Assembly (NCBI GenBank): GCA_963755715.1
Contig: CAVWLW010000041.1
Coordinates: 1-64,000 of the forward strand
Direction of reading: 5' to 3'
Source of the DNA: an uncultured delta proteobacterium
Lineage (GTDB): Bacteria; Desulfobacterota; Binatia; UBA9968
Length of the DNA stretch: 64,000 nt
Positions 62,167 to 64,000 of the stretch are shown here, in pieces; positions within the stretch are counted from its first letter, which is position 1, and every line of letters starts with the position of its first letter. Under the pieces are notes generated by a model that was given only the letters and a program-made list of their open reading frames with translations, searched no databases and was not told the origin of the DNA. Both the position numbers and the translations under genes were made by a program.

Positions 62167-63039
62167 TTATTCCTTGCCAAACTCCCCGGTCTCTCTTGAC
62201 CAGCGGGCCAGTTCGTCATGGCCGGTAAAGACGACGCCGTCGAATTGCTTGGCGTAGGTGAGAAATTCATCGAGCACCTTCGACCTGAACGGCCGTCCCG
62301 TAATGAAGTCATGGACGACGAGCGGCATCATGACCGCGCGTTCCGCGCCGCGCTCGTAGAGAGCATCGAAGGCGGACTTGAGACCGCGCAGCATGAAATC
62401 GGGAGGATTGGCGTTCCAGGTCGAGAACCGGCTCGGCGGAAATGCCGGATTGGTGATGTCGACACCGAGCGCGGTGTCGCTGTAGGTCGCAAACGGGATT
62501 TCCAAAATCTCCCGGCCGTGGCCTTCGATCAGCGACGGCAGGTCGTCATTCCACATGCTGCCGTCCCATTCGATGTCCGAATGTTCCAGCAGCAAATCGA
62601 GCGTATTGTGACTCGCGAAGCAGGTGCGCCATCCGTGGATGTGCTCGCCCAGCAAATCTTCGAATACCGCGACGGTTTTCTTGATCAGCGCGATTTCGCT
62701 ATGGGGCGGCATATTGCACATCATCTCGTGCGCGTAGGTGTGGCCGGCGATACAGTGGCCGGCTTGCTGCACGGCGCGCGACACTTCCGGATATTTCTCC
62801 AGCGTCGCGCCGCAGATCAGCCAGGTGCCTCGGACGCCGTGCTTCGCCATGATGTCGAGCAAGCGCCAGGCGCCGCGCCGCGCGCCGTACTGCCGCTCGC
62901 TGTAGTCGAACGGATCGGGTTGGCCGTCCGGCATCGGACACGTGGCCTCCTCCGACTGGTGATGCACGCTGACGGCGATCGGCAGCCGCACGCCCTGAGG
63001 CCAGCGGAAACTTCTCTTATAACCTTTCTCGTTCCACAT
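62167..63039 (-). CDS. polysaccharide deacetylase family (PuuE/PgdA-like), metal His motif intact
   Basis: RWPQGVRLP, YGARRGAWRLLD, GHCIAGHTYAHE, NDDLP, EIP, FDALY, VHDFITGRPFR. Confidence 0.9.
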   Translation of the reverse strand: MWNEKGYKRSFRWPQGVRLPIAVSVHHQSEEATCPMPDGQPDPFDYSERQYGARRGAWRLLDIMAKHGVRGTWLICGATLEKYPEVSRAVQQAGHCIAGHTYAHEMMCNMPPHSEIALIKKTVAVFEDLLGEHIHGWRTCFASHNTLDLLLEHSDIEWDGSMWNDDLPSLIEGHGREILEIPFATYSDTALGVDITNPAFPPSRFSTWNANPPDFMLRGLKSAFDALYERGAERAVMMPLVVHDFITGRPFRSKVLDEFLTYAKQFDGVVFTGHDELARWSRETGEFGKE

Positions 63040-63059
63040 GGAGGACTCCTTTGAAGTGT

Positions 63060-63900
63060 TCACGGAGCGGCGGAATTCAAGCGCCATCCGGCAACGTCGC
63101 TACACTGCGCGAAGCGAAATTCTTCGTGGCCGACGCAGGCGATCCAAGAGCTGTCCAAGCACGCGCAGAGAAGCTGGGCGTCCGGTGGCCCAGGTTTGCA
63201 AGCTCAAACTCAATAGTCGCGGCGCTTTCTCGCTCTCGCGGTACAGCACGTCGAGCTCATTGTTCCACACGCTCGATAAGCCATCGGGGCCGCCGCGTTG
63301 CGGATAAGGGTAGCCCACGTACGTCTTGTCGGCGGTGCTCGTCGTAAAAGGGATCTCGACAATCTTGCGCGAACCCGTGTCGAATAGATACGGCAGATCG
63401 TCGTTCAACAAACTGCTGTCCCAAACCAGCCCCTCTTCGGCAAGAATGTCGAGCGTCTTTGGACTCACTCGGTAATCGGGACAGCGCCAGCCGCGAATCT
63501 TAACGTCGGCGATATCTTGCAGTACCTTTGCCGCGCGGCGCACGATCGAGCGCTCCTGCTCCTCGCTCGCGGTTCGAACCGATGCGAAGCCGTAACCCAT
63601 GCCGGCTATTTCGTGCCCGGCCTTGGCCGCCGCTTGCACGGTTTCAGGATACTTCTCCGCGGTTGTACCGAGCACGAAAAAAGTTGCTTTGACACGATAC
63701 TGATCGAGCAACTCGAGTATGTTCCAGATACCGCGGCGCGCGCCGTATTGCATCGCGCCGCCGACCATGTAATTCGGGCGCTCGCCGGCGAACAGCGGCG
63801 CTCCTTCTCCGGCCTGATGCTCGAAGGTCAGCATGATCGGCAATCGAACTCCCGAGGGCCAGCGAACATCTTCTATCTTCGACTTGATTTCTATTGCCAT
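63060..63900 (-). CDS. polysaccharide deacetylase family paralog lacking the metal histidines; frameshift near 63135
   Basis: RWPSGVRLP, YGARRGIWNILE, GHEIAGMGYGF, GWRCPD, LQTWATGRP; shifted frame ends FRFAQCSDVAGWRLNSAAP* at 63060. Confidence 0.85.
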
Positions 63901-64000
63901 CGATCCACCTTAAAGACGTTTCCTATTCGTCCATTGTTATTCGTATCAGCCGCTGTCATTCCCCATACGCAACGGAAGACGCTGCTGTCAAGCTTGGGCA

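Noticed and set aside
1-64000. tRNA, rRNA, integrase or prophage genes
   Set aside because: No tRNA arm signatures, rRNA-like tracts, or recombinase or phage motifs were recognised.

Overview
Moderately GC-rich bacterial chromosome segment. The gene set (many stand-alone NitT/TauT- and Fe/thiamine-type substrate-binding proteins, MmgE/PrpD, amidohydrolases, hydantoinase/oxoprolinase, a phthalate-type Rieske oxygenase, intergenic 7/9-mer repeats) resembles Candidatus Binatia (Binatota); this taxonomy is an inference. It is mainly a scavenging and catabolic region for aromatic and N-heterocyclic compounds. No rRNA, tRNA, CRISPR array, prophage or intact transposase was seen. At least 14 otherwise intact genes are split by single-base indels, which points to unpolished long-read errors rather than true pseudogenes. 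Best candidates for undescribed biology: (i) a three-gene cassette of a PqqC/CADD-like iron enzyme with an altered metal site, an SDR and an M29/NicX-fold protein (30.5-33.3 kb); (ii) a ~4.4 kb cargo block bracketed by a duplicated 3' end of an MmgE/PrpD gene; (iii) a decarboxylase-like/YceI cassette bracketed by two copies of the 5' end of an HUH (RAYT-like) transposase; (iv) a USP-like/ferritin-like fusion; (v) a tandem deacetylase pair in which one copy has lost its metal-binding histidines; (vi) a secreted heme-c/Vgb-propeller protein; (vii) a DUF899/HTH/propeller module. Readable regulatory sites include FadR-type operators and a sigma54 promoter with enhancer boxes upstream of a PEP-CTERM gene. 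All family calls come from motif recognition by eye; no database searches were run.
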